This document shows, piece after piece, positions 1 to 14,600 of a DNA stretch of 64,000 nucleotides. A program made the position numbers and the translations under genes. Positions within the stretch are counted from its first letter, which is position 1, and each line of letters opens with the position of its first letter. Below the pieces are notes generated by a model that ran no database searches, had not been told where the DNA came from, and saw only the letters and a list, made by a program, of their open reading frames with translations. The stretch lies in contig OZ116703.1 of assembly GCA_964199315.1 (NCBI GenBank), forward strand, positions 26,040,001 through 26,104,000, given 5' to 3'. This DNA is from Orbicella franksi (Eukaryota).

Positions 1-3000
1 GGTAGTATTCACCAACTGCCACGAGAGTAAAGCTGTAGCCGTCAAAAGTAACGTAATGACCTCCAGTCGATGATATTGCAATGGAGAGTTGCAACCAGTT
101 CAGAGACACCAGGGCAAGGGAACAGTCGGACCCAGTCCACCCTGAAGAGCACTTGCCACAGTCTAGTGTTCCATTGTAATTAGCAGTACATTCACATTCT
201 CCTGTGACGCTGTTACAGGCTCCGTTGTTGTTACATGGTGTTGCAGCTCCTCCGGGACACGGGTGTGCGCACTCTGAACCCCAGTAGCCATGGTCGCATA
301 CGCAACTCTCAGAGTCCAGCTTCTTACCAAAGACGCATTTCATGTCGCAACGCTCTCCAAACCAAATAGGAAAATCACGTCCAAGAAATTCATTACAAAG
401 TGGTTTGGCTGGCCAGACCGTTAGGTTGTTGATGGCCTGGCAGTAGTCAGCATACGCAATGATAACCTCCATGGACATGTACAAAGACCCAAAGCTTGCA
501 ATTCTTCGGAGGCAAAACCTGAAGTAAAACATAGACACACCTGGTCCCAAGGAGTGACAGTTTGAATACAGTGGTCCCATTAACAACGTTCTGTTACAGA
601 AAAGTTCAGCTTCAGTTTGTAAGGTTTTGTTCTTAAAGGGGAAATCTTGTTCTCTATCGTAGAAAGGCAGTTGCAACACTACATCGGAATACTTCCATGC
701 CGGTTTCCTCCATGGCTTAAAAGGAAGCTCGAGTTTCATACCGGTTACTTTGTCCAGAGCTTCGATTCCTTCACCTTCGTTGAACTTCCATGCGTGCGCG
801 AGATCTTGCGTTTCAACGCTCACCGATCTGTTCCAGGTCTGCAGAATGAACGCAGGATGGAAATAGCGCGTCCATATACGCACTTCATCTATGAATCCAG
901 CAAAGAAGTCAACAGGCTGAATTCCGGAGCCGTCCAGAGATGGTATCCAACTAGCTAAAGCGATGATGCCCCCTGGAGCAAAGATATCGAAACCAATGTT
1001 GATATCAAGGCGATGCAACTGGCCTCCAGACGAAAAGTAGTAGAAGTGCAATATTAAAGTGGATTTTCGGAACACAAGGCTAATCTGGTTCCATTTATTA
1101 AGCTCCGAGGCGATATTTGTATGGTACACGTTGTCTCCGTAGTAGATTGTAAACTTTCCTCCTGTGTTAGTCACAAAAAAGGTCTTACTCGTGGTATAGG
1201 ATATGATAACCCCGTACCGGACTGTTTTGAACATGAGCTTTACTGTTATGTCCGTGAAAGAGAATGCTTTGTAGATTACTCCCGAGACCACTGTAGTGTG
1301 GTCAAAGTAAAGTGCGTACCCGGCATTTGCATCGCGATATTCTACAATGTCCTTGTACTTATATTGAAACAAACTGTGGCATTCTTTGACCTTGAGCTTG
1401 GTGGTAATAAGGGTTTTTATAACATCTTGGGTCTTGGTCTTGCTATCGGACACGTTCGTTTCAAGTGACGAGTCCTCTGCTTGGTGGAAATTGTTGGGCT
1501 GGTTTCCGCTTACGTTGAACATAAAGCTTCCTTCAGAACAGTTTTTAGTTGGATGATAAGACACGAGCGATTCCAGCAATCCCTGGTTACAAGAGCCTAG
1601 TAGGCCAATTGCGGACTTGCACACCAAACCCGATGCGCTTGCACTTAGGGTCAAGTAGCGTCCTGTCACACGTATTTTCAGGTATAGCCCTGCATATTTG
1701 ACCTCCCAGAGATAAGCTGTGATCTTGTTAACCTCAAAACCGTAGCTTTGAAGAGTGATTCGATGCAAATCAATGTCGATGACTTTACCATTTAACCAGA
1801 CGATAAGGTTTCCACCAGATGTATAAGGCCCATGTAAAACAACTTTGTGCGAAGATATTTTAAGCGCGATGGAATTCACGCAAGATAGCTGTTGGAAGCA
1901 CGATACCAGACGAATTTGCACAACGACGGACAGATGGATAGAGTAAATAAGATAATACTCCCCTGTAATGTAAAGGCTGTAACTGATTCCACTGAGTGAT
2001 GTAAACTGTCCGCCAAGTGACACTGTCCCAACTCCAACCAAAACACTTCCAGATGGCCACTGCGTGACTGCTGTCGAACAATCTGTTCCAGCCCAACCAC
2101 GAGCACAAGCTGTGCAGTTTTCATTTCCTTGCCAATTAAGCTCACATGAACATTTTCCAGTTACGACATCGCAGATTCCATGATTGTTACATGCTCGTCC
2201 ACTCCCTCCTGGGCAAATTCCAGAGCAGTTTATGCCATAAAACCCTGGATCGCATATGCAGACTTCACTTTCATTTGAAGCTTGACCGAAAATGCAAGGG
2301 GTCGAGCAGTTCCTGCCTATCCAGTTCGGGAAACGCTTGCCAGGAAATTCGTTGCATAGAGATTGCGCTGGCCAGTAAGGCAAACCAAGCGTTTTCTGGC
2401 AGTAATCTGCAATTGTCACCACGGCATCGATAGATTGAACTGTTGATCCGGTGCCCACTACGGCTTCTACACAGGCGCGGAAATAAAACTCTAGTGTGAC
2501 ATTGCCCAGCCTCAAGCAAGCAGAATAAATTGGTCCCTTATAAATAAATCCGAAGCACACGTTAGTGGCGATACCTTGCAAAGTCACGTTGTTCTCATTC
2601 GGATTCAGTACAAGAACGGACGCGATGGGTGCATCAGAGAAGACCCACTTTGGCTCTTCCAAGGGATATTTTGGAAAGAATAAAGTTACACCGGAAACAA
2701 GGTCTTTAACGAGAGTATTTTCACCCTCGTTGAACTTCCACAAATTTGTAAGTGATGGAGCATTAGGCTGAATATTTGCTCGCCAACTTTGTTCAACTAA
2801 TGCATAATCAAAGGGTCTTTCCCAAACGCATATCTCATCTATTTGTCCAAAGAAGACATTTGTTGGCTGAACGCTTATGGATCCAGAAGCAGGTTGCCAC
2901 ATGCCAATAGCAAATGTTCCTCCAGTTACAAAAGGATCGACGGTAAAATTGAACTTTCGTACTTGCACAAGCCCAGATGAAAATGTCACAAACACAAAGA

Positions 3001-6000
3001 GTTCCAGCTTTGCACGAACAAATACAACGGAGATCTGATTCCACACATCTGTTTCAGTGGCAATGCCAGTGTCAAAGACATCCAGCCCGATAACAACTTT
3101 CACCGTCACGTGGTTGCTGATGAAAAAAGTCACATTGGATGTGTAAGAGATCAGAGTACCTCCACATAGACGAGGATCGCATGATTTTACTAAAAGCTGG
3201 AAGGTTAACGTTGGACTCACGAAGAGATCGACAACTTTCTCTGTGACAACAGCGGTGAAACGGTAGTAGAGACTGTACACACCACCGTACACAATTCGAG
3301 TTTCTTTGTGGATTTCTTCATCGATAACAATATCAGATCGTCCTCGGGCTTCAAGTGACAACTTTTCTAATACAAATTCATCAACGTCACCATCAGAGGT
3401 ATTTGATCCTCCTACCCCTTCTAGAACAGTCGTTAGTTCAGGTCCTTGAGTATCATTTTGCCCCGGTTGTAGTTTGGCACAAGAGCCGCACAAGCCATCG
3501 ACAATCTGACAGAAGGTAGTAGATACAGTTGACTCCACGCTTAGGTATCGATCTGTAAAGACCGCTCGTATGGACAAATACTGCGAAATGACAATCCTGT
3601 AGGCGGTATTGGATATAGGCTGAATGGTCACATTGTTTCTCAGCATATCTTTGGTGAGCTCTCCGCCAGCATTAATTGGTTCTCCGTTAACGTGCACGAC
3701 TGGCAATGAATCACTTTCGTAGGCCGCATGGACACTAATGGACAGTCCATTGAATCTCACAGCAACAGCATTAAGACACACAGAGCTCTTCTCGCAAGGT
3801 ACTTGTCGGACTTGCGCTTGAAGGATGGAGGAATTTATCATGATGAATTCGCCTAGTGTTGCAAAAGTAAATAGCGAGCCATCGAAGCCGGTGACATAAC
3901 CTCTCTCAGATATGGTACAAACTTTTGAAGTCTGATTTGCAACGCTGGGATCTGTTGTCGATATCGCGATAGAGCACGACCTGCCTATCCACCCTGGGGT
4001 GCATTTTGAGCAGTATTCATTTCCTTGCCAATTTGGATGACACTTGCATTCACCAGTTTCTACATCACATTGTCCATGTCCAAAACACGGGTTCCCAGCT
4101 CCTCCTGGGCACTCATTGGAGCAGTTCACCCCCCAGTACCCACTGTCACATTTGCACGTTCCATCAGAGTATTGTCCAACGATACACTTAGTTGTGCAGT
4201 TTGTTCCAACCCAATCATTATAGCGTCCTCCTGGAAGAATATTGCAAAGGCCTGCTCCAGGCAAAGTTGAAAGGTTCAGGGCGGCTTGGCACTCCTTTCC
4301 GAAGGCAGCTGCTGTTGTAAGAGCTGAGTCGAGCTTTCTTGAGGTAGACACTTCGGAAATGCAAGCTTCGTAGTAAAATTCGGATCCTCCAGTCACGTTT
4401 GAGCACTCATTGTATAGAGGACCTTTAAGGAAAATATCTGAACACAGCTCTTGGGTTACGTTGTCAGCTTCTTCTTCAGAGGGATCTGGTGTGATGAAAA
4501 CGTTGGTTTCTTTAATGGCATCGGAAGGATACCAAATTGGGCTTCTCCAAGGCGGGGTAGGAAGACTAAAATCTAACGATCCTACTGTCGCGCGACACAC
4601 AAAGCCACTTCCTTCATCGAACTTCCATAAGAGCGCAATCCCTGGTGTTTCTGCTACGAGATTGGTATTCCAGGTTTGCTGTATCATAACAGAATCGAAT
4701 CGTTTGTTCCAGAAGCTCAACTCGTCCACCCAGCCCACAAAGCCAGGCAGGGAGAGGGACACTTTGGTCACCTGCCAAAGAGCAATGGCTAAGGTACCAC
4801 CTTCGGCAAATATTCCTACACCAACGAAGAAGACTCTTGTTTGAATGACGCCTATTGAGTTAATGAGGTAGAACTGAACAAGACCCGAGCTCCGCCTGTA
4901 GACAAATGATATGTGGTTCCAAAGCTCTGTTTCAAGCACAAGTCCAGTGTCAATGACTGTAGTACCAAAGTGAATCATGACAGTCATATTCACAGCTATT
5001 GCAAAAGTTTCACTGAGGGCGTATGAAATAATAGTACCACCGAACACACGCGGATCCTTTGCCTTCACAAAGAACTGGATAGTGATGTAATTACCAACAA
5101 AAACATTCACCAGAGGTGCAGTGATGACAGACGTGCCATTAAAGTAGAGACAGCTTCCTCCTTCGCTAGTCGATAGTGATTCGCCAGAGATGTTTAGTAT
5201 GGGACCAAAAGAGCTCTCGTTTCGAGGGACAGACCACGAGGTCACGTAGGAGATCAAGATGTCTTGAGTTACAGTTGATATATCATGCGTATCTAAAATT
5301 CCTCCAGCTGTGCAGTTTGAGGGCAGCACGCTTGATTCAGGGTCGCGGCACCTCCCGAGGAGACCACAGACTTCTTGACACAACCATCTGTTCATTGTTA
5401 TGGAGACATCGAAGTGTACTGTGAGGGAATTGATAACAAAGTTGAAACCTCCTGGACCAGTCACCACGTACCTGTTGAGGGACGTCCGTTTAAACACAAA
5501 TCCTGAAATTCCAAGTGAAATCACGCTCTTGTAGCTGACAGGGGAGCCGTTGAGTGTAACCAAGACCTGGCCCCCGATTCCAATACTGCTGTGGATTGCC
5601 ATCACATTATCCCCTACACGCACAATTACACATCTTACACGTACGTAACTTCCGATTCGAACTTGCCGAAACTGGATGCTGAGTCCATAACGAACCAAGG
5701 CCAACACCTTGAATTCACCAGCTACATTTACGTTGATCTTGACGCCATCTAAAGTCACGTAGTAACCGGTCCCAAAGACCGACGTTATTGGGAGCTCTTC
5801 CGTAGGTGCTGTAACAGAAGCTGAACAGTCTTTACCAAGGAAACCAGGAGTGCACTGGCTGCAGTCAAGTGCTCCGCGCCACCTTCTCCTACAGCGACAT
5901 CTTCCACTACCACCTAAACAACGTCCATGCCCACTACATACGTTCACAGGTCCACCAAGGCATACTCCACCACACAGCTGTCCCCAGAAACCCCGGTCAC

Positions 6001-8601
6001 ACTTGCAACTTCCAACCAATCCCGTAGGTTGATATCCGTAGAGACAAGAAATGTCACAATTCACTCCTATCCAGTTCATGAGTCTTGAATTTCGGAACAC
6101 TTCATACTTGCACATCTGTTGCGCTGGCCACACAGTTAGGTTAGCTTGTACTTGGCACGTGTCTGCAAAAGCCACCACGACATTTAATCCAAAGGATACC
6201 TGACCAGTTGAAGCAATGACTCGTAAACAAGCTCTTACATAGAAAGCTACTGTCCCACCACCAAGCCCGCCGCAGGCGATACCAACAGGTGATTCCTGGA
6301 TGTTTTCATGGCACCACGTTTCTGCTTTGATTCTCATGTCGCTCGTTTTGAACTTTATTTCAGTGGTTACAGGAAGAATCTTAACATTCGCGTAACTGAA
6401 GATCCATTTAGGTGCCCTACGTACGGACGGAATGTACAAGTGGACTCCGCTCACCAGGTCGTGTATGACGTCACCCTGTCCTTCGTTGAACTTCCACAAA
6501 ATTGCAATATGAAGAGCGCTAGAAATCACGTTTACTCTCCAGCTTGTCTTGACATCTTGCAGGCTAAATTCACGGTTCCAGAAGCGTACCTCATCGATCA
6601 ATCCAACAAAACCTGGCAGTTTATCGTTCTCCGCTGTGTTCCCTTCAAGAGCTGGTATCCACTGCCCAATGGAGATCATGTTTCCTGTGTATAACGCACC
6701 GGCACTCATGGTTCCTGTGGCTTGACGAACAATACCAATGGAATTGATGTAATAAAAATGTATTGCCCCAGTGCTGTTGTAGTAAACAAGGGTGACTCGG
6801 TTCCAGGCCTCAACTTCTGGAGAAAAACCTGTGTCCCAGATCTCCACCCCAATGCGTACTTTTAGGGTTACCTGAATAAACACTGTCAGCGTTATTGTTT
6901 TGCTGTAGGTTAAGAGTACACCTCCAGGATTTCGTCCAGTAAACATCTTAAACAGGAGTTCTGCGGTAATGACAGAAGCATTTAAGACTTCAGGCATGAG
7001 ATCACTACAAACACCAACCCCTTTGAACTTTAAGGCGTATTCAGCACCTGTTGTAACTCTTTCTTCGTTGTAAGTTCCATAGTGGTAGAAGAAGAGGCTT
7101 TCGTCGATAGAAACTCGCCACGTTTCTTCCAGAGAACCACCACCTGTCACATTGAAGTCGTTGTCTCTGTTTCCGTCGCAGTTTCCGCACAGTGCATTTG
7201 TACCGTTACACAGCGATTGCTCAACATGGCCTGCAATGATAAGTCCTCTTCCTGAAACTCGAAGTTGAAACTTGAGATCTTCTAGTACATTGCTAAGAAC
7301 GTATGTAGTTGAAGATGTCTGCTCTAAGAAGACTTCACTGGCAATTTGAAGCGTTGTTGAACTGTACTCTGTCACACTTCCATTTATCCAAATAACCGGC
7401 CGCTCGGTCTCCTCATATGGTGCGTGAAATACTATTTTCCATCCGTACTTGAAAGAAAATGCTACTGCATTAATGCAACGAGATTCTCCATTGTGACATG
7501 GAACTTGTCTTAGCTGGCCATTGAAGTGGGCGCTTCTGACGAACCAAAATTCCCCGAGTCCAAAAAAGTTAAAGTGAGCGCTGTCGAAGTTGGTAAAGTG
7601 TCCTCCAAGGAAAGCAGAACATGTCGGCAACTGCGATACTGCCACAGCCACGGCGCAATCAGATCCTGTCCAGCCAGGTGTACAATTACTACAGTCGTTA
7701 TTTCCTCGCCAGTTCAAATCACATTCACAGGCTCCTGTCTTGACGTCACACTTGCCATGCTGGTTACAAGGATTGTTTCCGCCTGCTGGGCACTCACTGG
7801 CACAGTCTTCACCCCAGTATCCTGGACTGCATACACACAAGCTAGCATTGTTTCTGTCTACATTTCCGAAAACACACTTATAGGAACAGTCGGGACCAAT
7901 CCATCCCTGAGGAAAGCTCTTGGGAAACTGATGACACAGGAGTTGAGCTGGCCATGAAGGAAGATGGAGAATAGACTGGCAGTAGTCTGCATAGGCAGAT
8001 AATGCAATATAGGCGGTGTCCAAAGAACTAGAGGAATGAATATCGTAAACACATGCCTTGAAGTAAAACTGAGGAACGGCCGCGTTCAGTAGCTGACCAC
8101 ACTGTGTTTGTAATTGGGTGTCGTAAATAAGCTCAAAACACAGCTTATCGGCTAGAATTCCAAACGTGATGTTCGTAAACTGCACAGTTGAACTAACAAC
8201 TATCGATGGAAACACGTCCCGGACATACGAGAACTGCCACAACGGTTGACGGCTGATTACCTTAGGAAGGAACATGGCTGAGGAGCCGGATATACGATTG
8301 CTAACCACTCTGCCTAAGCCCTCGTCAAAAAGCCACAGGGCACTTAGCGTCGGTAATTCTTCTGGTATAACAACAAGGAAACTCTGGCGAACAAGAATAG
8401 TGTCCAGTGCAAAGGTCCAGATGCGAACTTCATCTATGCTTCCAAAGAATGGATGCAGTGGTACACCAGCGATATGTTCTTGTGTTATGTGCCACTGGCC
8501 AAGCCATAAAGTGCCACCGGAAGTAAACAAGTCAGGTCCTAGGTAGATCTGTTTGGTAAAAAGTTCACCTTGAGCATCTAACTGGTAGTAGTCTAGAACA
8601 C
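1..8601 (-). CDS. exon 35 (>=8601 nt, starts phase 1, open past window edge), LamG2 end through VWD7 start
   Basis: ctttcag|GTGTTC. Manual translation gives GSIDEVRIW, LWLFDEGLG, GGHFTNFDS, GTGYYVTLDG, GYVTGFDG, GGQFTSLSG and GGHYVTFDGYSF at the edge. The ORF track shows no stop-terminated ORF in this frame, consistent with no stop before position 1. Confidence 0.92.
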
Positions 8602-11600
8602 CTGAAAGAAAATAGTAAAGAACGTGTGAGCAAACAGATAAGGCATTTCTCCAGGGATAGAAGTAGCACGGTTAGCAATTGAAAGTATATAAGACACAAT
8701 AATCTTCAATGAAACCTTTTCTCGGAGAAGTACAATTACACGAACGACATATCTAGCTACATTAAAATGACAGCAAATTCATACAAAGAACCACACATAT
8801 AAGGTATTCTTACCTGTAGAGGAACTGTATGCGATAGAAACTTGAATCCAGGATCCCAGAGGCAGTGTGATTCCCATGTCGTACGAAACTCCACCGACAT
8901 AAATTTTAACGCTGACATCGTTCACGATGGCAAAAGTGAATCCTTTTGCATAAGATATGATTGTACCTCCAAGAGCATCAACTTTAACAAATAGCTGCAG
9001 AGTAAAGTCTTGGCCTTTTACGAAAGCGGTATTTAGAGGACCGGTGGAAGCAATTGTACCATTAAACTTCAGTGCGTATCCATTCACAGTAATTTCTCGT
9101 TGTTCGTTATAGCTCGTGTAGCCAAATACAAACAGTGAGTCAATTGCGGACACTGTCCATTGGGAGGTAAAGATGTCAATTATCGTACGCTGTGAGATGG
9201 TATGACCCCAATACACCGTACCTGTACTGTTTGTAAAGTCGTTTGCGATGCTTGAGTCGCATGAGGAACAAAGTCCAGAAGCAACAGTACACAAAGAACC
9301 GGCAGAAGTTATCTCGAAGGAAAGATACTTCTTCCAAGCTTTCACTCTTAGTAATATGTTGTCAGGTCTATCTTTTCTGATTTCATACGTCTGTGGAGAA
9401 ACTCTACGAAATATAAAGTCATTTTCCAGGTTTAGAGATGTTGTGTCTGTCAGTCTACGGTTGAACCAGACTAGTGGCATTCCACTGCCGTTGTAAGAAG
9501 CTCTAACTGTTATCTGTGTTGAACCCGTTTTCATTGCCAATGATGAAATGCAAAACGAACCACTCATACAGGGGATTTGTCGGACCTGAGCTGTAAACTC
9601 ATTGGTTTTCATCAAGTAAAATTCTCCATAGGTGCCAAAAGTGTAGCCAGCGCCGTCAAAGGTTGTGTAGTGCGCTGCTCCAAATCCCTGGCATGTGACG
9701 TTGTCTACATTGCTGACATTTCCTCCGAGTGCCACAGAACAGTCAGCTCCAACCCATCCTGGAGAACAGACGCTACAGTCACGAGTGGAGTTTGCTTGAA
9801 CTGGGCAGGAGCATTTTCCGGTGAAATTATTGCATGGTGATTGGGCGCTACATGGAACGTTGTAACCACCGGGACATTCTCTTGAACAGTTTACACCGTA
9901 GAATCCTTTCATACAGACACAGCTGCTGTCACGGCTGTTGTTTCCTGGAAGGCCAAATTTGCACTGTTGGGCACAGTTTACACCATACCACTCTGGGAAG
10001 TTAACAACAGATACATGGCGACACAAGCTCTGAGCATACCACGAAGAGTGCTCTGCAAACAGTTGATAGAAATCTGATAGAGCCATTAATGGCCAGTAAG
10101 CATCACTATAATGGCTACTTCTGGTAACGGATGTTACGCATGACATGTGATAAAACCATCGCGTTGCAGTATTCAGCACGGTGTACTGTGATCTCAGCGA
10201 CGAAGCAAAGATTAGGTTGTAACATGTCTGCTCTACATTCATCCAGGTGCTACCAAATCTGAAGCTGTATGCGGTCTCAATGTCAACTGAAAAGTTCGGG
10301 ATGTCAACTGTAGAGTACACCCATGTTGGCCCTTGCCAGATACCTGATCGAAATCTTATATGGGCGCTGGACACACAGTCGTGCGCTACTGTGCCATCGC
10401 CTTCGTTGAGCTTCCAAAGACTTGCAAGGTTTTGAATCGGTAGACGACAGCCCAGATTTTTTCTCCAGTTAGCCGAAATAGTAAACGGGTCCAGCTTTTG
10501 ATTCCAAATTCGCACTTCATCAATTTGTCCGATGAAACCCTCCTTCAGTGGTATTTTTAGTCCTCCTGGTGCTGGCTGGCAGTACCCTAAGGCAAGAGTT
10601 CCTCCCGGTTGAAACACATTGACGTTACTCGGAATGGGAAAGTTTCGGCTGTGTACTCGTTGTCCGCCGTCATCGTTGTAGTATAATTGGTAGAATTGGA
10701 GAATTCGAGTCGATACAGACCAGACCAGAGCAATATGGTTCCATTTGTGTGTGTGAATGACTGCCAGCGTGTCTAAAGTGGTGTCTTCATAGCGTAGTTT
10801 GATCTTACCAGAGTCAAGTACCACAGCAAACATCTTTGTGCTGGTGTACGAGAGAAGCGTACCGTTTTGACTCTCAGCACGAACCATAAATTCGATGGTG
10901 ATGTCTGAAGACGTGAAACTGTAGATTTCTCCAGTGTGCGCACCGGAGTTATTGAAATGCAATGCATAGCCTCCACCGTAAAGTTCTCTTTTTTCGTGGT
11001 AGTTGTTGATGTCATAGGCAAACAAACTGTTCTTCTCTGCTACTTGCCAAGACGTTCCATAGAGCTCGTGAATGTATGATTGCGAGACATTTGTTGCTGT
11101 AATTAGTCTATCGTCTCTGCTAGATAAATCGTCATACCAGTTGGAGTTACAGTTGCCCCAAAGTCCCTGGCTGGCCTGACAATAAGTCTGATTGTCAACG
11201 CGTAAGTGGACATCAAGATATCGGTCGTACAAGCGGATTATGAGCTGAACACCGTAAATCGAGGAGAGTACAAACTGTAACCGGGATATTCGTTTAAACG
11301 TGAACTTTTGATTTGCTGGGCCAAAGTCGAACTCAAGAGAATACGTTCTCCTCCCATTGGCAAACACGATAGGCTCTTCTTGATTAGCAAACCTTGAATG
11401 GACCAACAACGTGTTCTGTTCGATCTTTATTGCTACAGCGTTGAAACACGAACTCGATGAAAAACACGGGACCATCCGAACCTGGATCTCTAACGACTGA
11501 GACAGTATCAGGTGATATTCTCCATTTCCCAGGAACTTGTACCCAGTTCCGTCAAGTGTAATGAAGTAACCATGTCCAAATGCCGCCGCGGTCTGGTTGT

Positions 11601-14600
11601 TTGGACTTTGCACGACGACTGAACAATCCAAGCCATGCCAACCGTCCGAGCAGGTGGTGCAGTTGACGTCTCCGCGCCAGTTAGGGTCACACGAACACAA
11701 TCCCGTGGTCTTATTGCAGAGACCATTGTTAAAACATGGCGTAAGTGGCCCACCAGGACAATCATACTGACATGCTAGACCCCAGTGTCCATCGTTGCAT
11801 GAACATGTGTAGGTTTCACTAGATATCTAGAGAAAAAAAATACCGTTTAAAATGTTAGATGCGTGCGATATTTGTGTCATTTTCAGGGTAAATTTGAAGA
11901 GACGTATGGCGTAAAGGAGTAGGGTACATTAGAACGGTTTTCATTTGAGTATCGAAAGTAATTCGCGTTTACTTTAGCCTTGCATCACTACGCCAACCGA
12001 TTGGTTTGAAAAACTCGCGCCTCTTTGTTATCCAATCAGGAGTAAGACAAAAGCCAATCGTGACCCACTCCCTCACGTTTTCCCGAGCTACAAGTCAGCC
12101 AGACATATTTGCTTTGGGTTTTGATTGGTACACAGGATGGTCCGAGTAATTTGTGACTGGTCACTTTGGTTTTGATTTTACAACCCTCGCCTGAGACTAA
12201 GGTGAAAACGCTTTATCCTTATCACATGATTTATTTTGTCAATGCCAATTTATTTTCCTCACCGTAATAGTTTGATAATACGGGAATAATTGATTTCCTT
12301 TGTCAAATAACATCTGTACCCCTTCAGTTTACCAGGGGAAGTGCTATGTAGTGGCTAGTCGTGTTTTCCTTGAAAACTGGTGTAGTAGTTTTTAAGTAGA
12401 TAAGGGAGTCAAGAAATAAAAAATTTGGATTCACAACACTGACAGACTCGAACTTACATTGTTCATCTGAGCCTCACTGTCTGTACATCTCATGGAGTGG
12501 ACCATAGACGAATCTACTACCGCTGCATTTCTCTCGTTGGATACTGGAAATGCTACAATCCAGGCTATTGGATACGAGTCTTGCAATCTGTGTGAAGGAA
12601 AAGAAGGAACTCTGATACACGTAGAGCATTATTAAAATACTGTAAAAAGGAAAATCGAGGGAAAGAAAAATTCAGCTCATTATTAGCTGAAAACAAATTA
12701 TTTGCAATCGCTAATAGTAAATTGTTCTACTCAGCAGAACAGACCTTTTGACATATTTCAAGAACCATCAGCGTTAAACACTACATTGTTACAAATTGCG
12801 TCCTACATTTTTTTTTCTAACTGGGCAATACCAAAATTTTTAATGATATATTTTTATCTTGAGAAAAACAACTCAAGGTATTCTGGCAAAACAAAAGGTA
12901 TGAGGCTTAAACCATTAATTCAACATTTTTCTTGCAACCTATCAACGAGTATCTCTTTTGACGGTTGAAATCTGAGTTGTATACGGCACATGGCTGATGC
13001 AGTTCAAACAAATAATGATCAGCAGCTAGTGAAAGTGAACGTAATTTAAGTTCAATCGTACCTTACTATAAAAGCTTTGTCATGTCTACCCGGTGCAAAC
13101 TTTTGAGGTTGACCATAATCTTCAGTTGATAATGGGATCAGGCTACTGGTAGTATTGTCAGAGCCACTGAGTTTGCGAACAAATCCGCTCAATCCACCTG
13201 GAACAATATTTAGATAAGGCCTCGAGAAGAAGTTGCTCGGTCCTGTGTTCAAGTACACGTTGTGAGGATTTCTGTTCCGGTAACCAAACCAAGCAAACAC
13301 GTCGCCTTGAGCGGTGTTGTACAGGCAATTCAGAAAGGGTTCCACTGGGTGTTTACCCCAACCTCCGTCCAGTTTGTCACGATACTGAGCATGCGTAGAG
13401 ACGCAATCGACATTACACCTCTCTCCTACGTGTGCCTCATCGCAGACTGTACAGGTCGGTAAACCCCAGCCAAAGACACATTGGTCACAGCTTGTTCCAT
13501 TCCAGTAGCCCAACTGTGAGTCATTATGACACGTGCATATGTCTTTGTTTTGCCCTGTTCCATTGCCATGGACACAGTTAACGTCGCAGCCAACCGCCCA
13601 TCCAATATAGTTTGCTACGCATTTTTCGCATTCAGATCCAGTAAACTGAGGTAGGCAACGCTCGCACGAGCTCCCATCAAAGCCATGGTTACATGCACAG
13701 GTTGGAATGTCACCCATCAGCGTACAGTTCCCTCTGTCACTACACATAGGTTGACCAGGGCAGACAAGTTTGCTGCAATCATCACCATCAAATCCTTGAT
13801 TACAGAGGCACACTGCCGTGGCAGGAGAGCCTTGTTGCACGCAAGCTCCTCGTCCACTGCAGTCTGGTTCTCCAGGGCAGTTTAACGTTTCACAGGTTTG
13901 GCCCTTCCATCCTGGGTCACAGTCACAAACACCTTGTCTGCAAGTTCCTTGTCCAGAGCATTCGATGTCACAAGCCAGTCCGGTGTAACATGGATCACAT
14001 TGGCAAATAACGCTGTTTGGTGGATATTCGTTGCCGTGTACACACGGGAATTCACACGAAGGACCCATCGTGTTGTTTGTACAATTCACACAGATAGGGG
14101 GATCGACGCCTCCGTAGCAAGTTCCAAGTGCGTTGCAATCTGGCACACCAAGGCAGTCGGGGACATCACAGCCCTGTCCTTTCCATCCATTAAAGCAATC
14201 GCACTGCTGTGTAACTAGCAAACAGACACCATGATTACTGCAGTCTACCCCTTGGCCTGGACAACCCACTGTTTCACATTTAGCCCCTCTCCAACCGCTG
14301 TCACAAACGCAAACGCCCTGTTCACACTTGCCGTGACCATTGCATTCCGTGCCACAGTCAACTCCAGTATGACAGGCTCCACATTCACACGTATCTCCGC
14401 TTGAAGACTTAATTACTGTGCCATTAATGCAACGTTGGTTACAACCTTCTCCCATGTAACCCGTGTCACACGAGACACAAACTGGAGGATCGTGAGCCAG
14501 TCCATCACAGATTCCATGCCCACTACAATTTCCACCGCCTGCACACTGGGGTATATGGCAACCTACACCAGACCAGCCGGGTCTACAGTAACATAGACCT

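Larger units (their letters stand above)
1..11826 (-). repeat. six complete modules plus start of a seventh: EGF(2-3)-VWD-LamG/pentraxin-C8-like, about 620-650 aa each
   Basis: VWD starts near 11590, 9700, 7620, 5790, 3930, 2020 and 70; each followed by [IV]DE[VLI]..W and [LA]WK[FL][ND]EG.G LamG motifs, then a C..L...C.....FY..AC....A.ADYC...WPA..LC helical Cys domain. Confidence 0.85.

Noticed and set aside
5882-5902. RCRCRRR, a possible furin site
   Set aside because: It lies within a disulfide-bonded EGF module and is absent from the equivalent position of the other modules; probably incidental.
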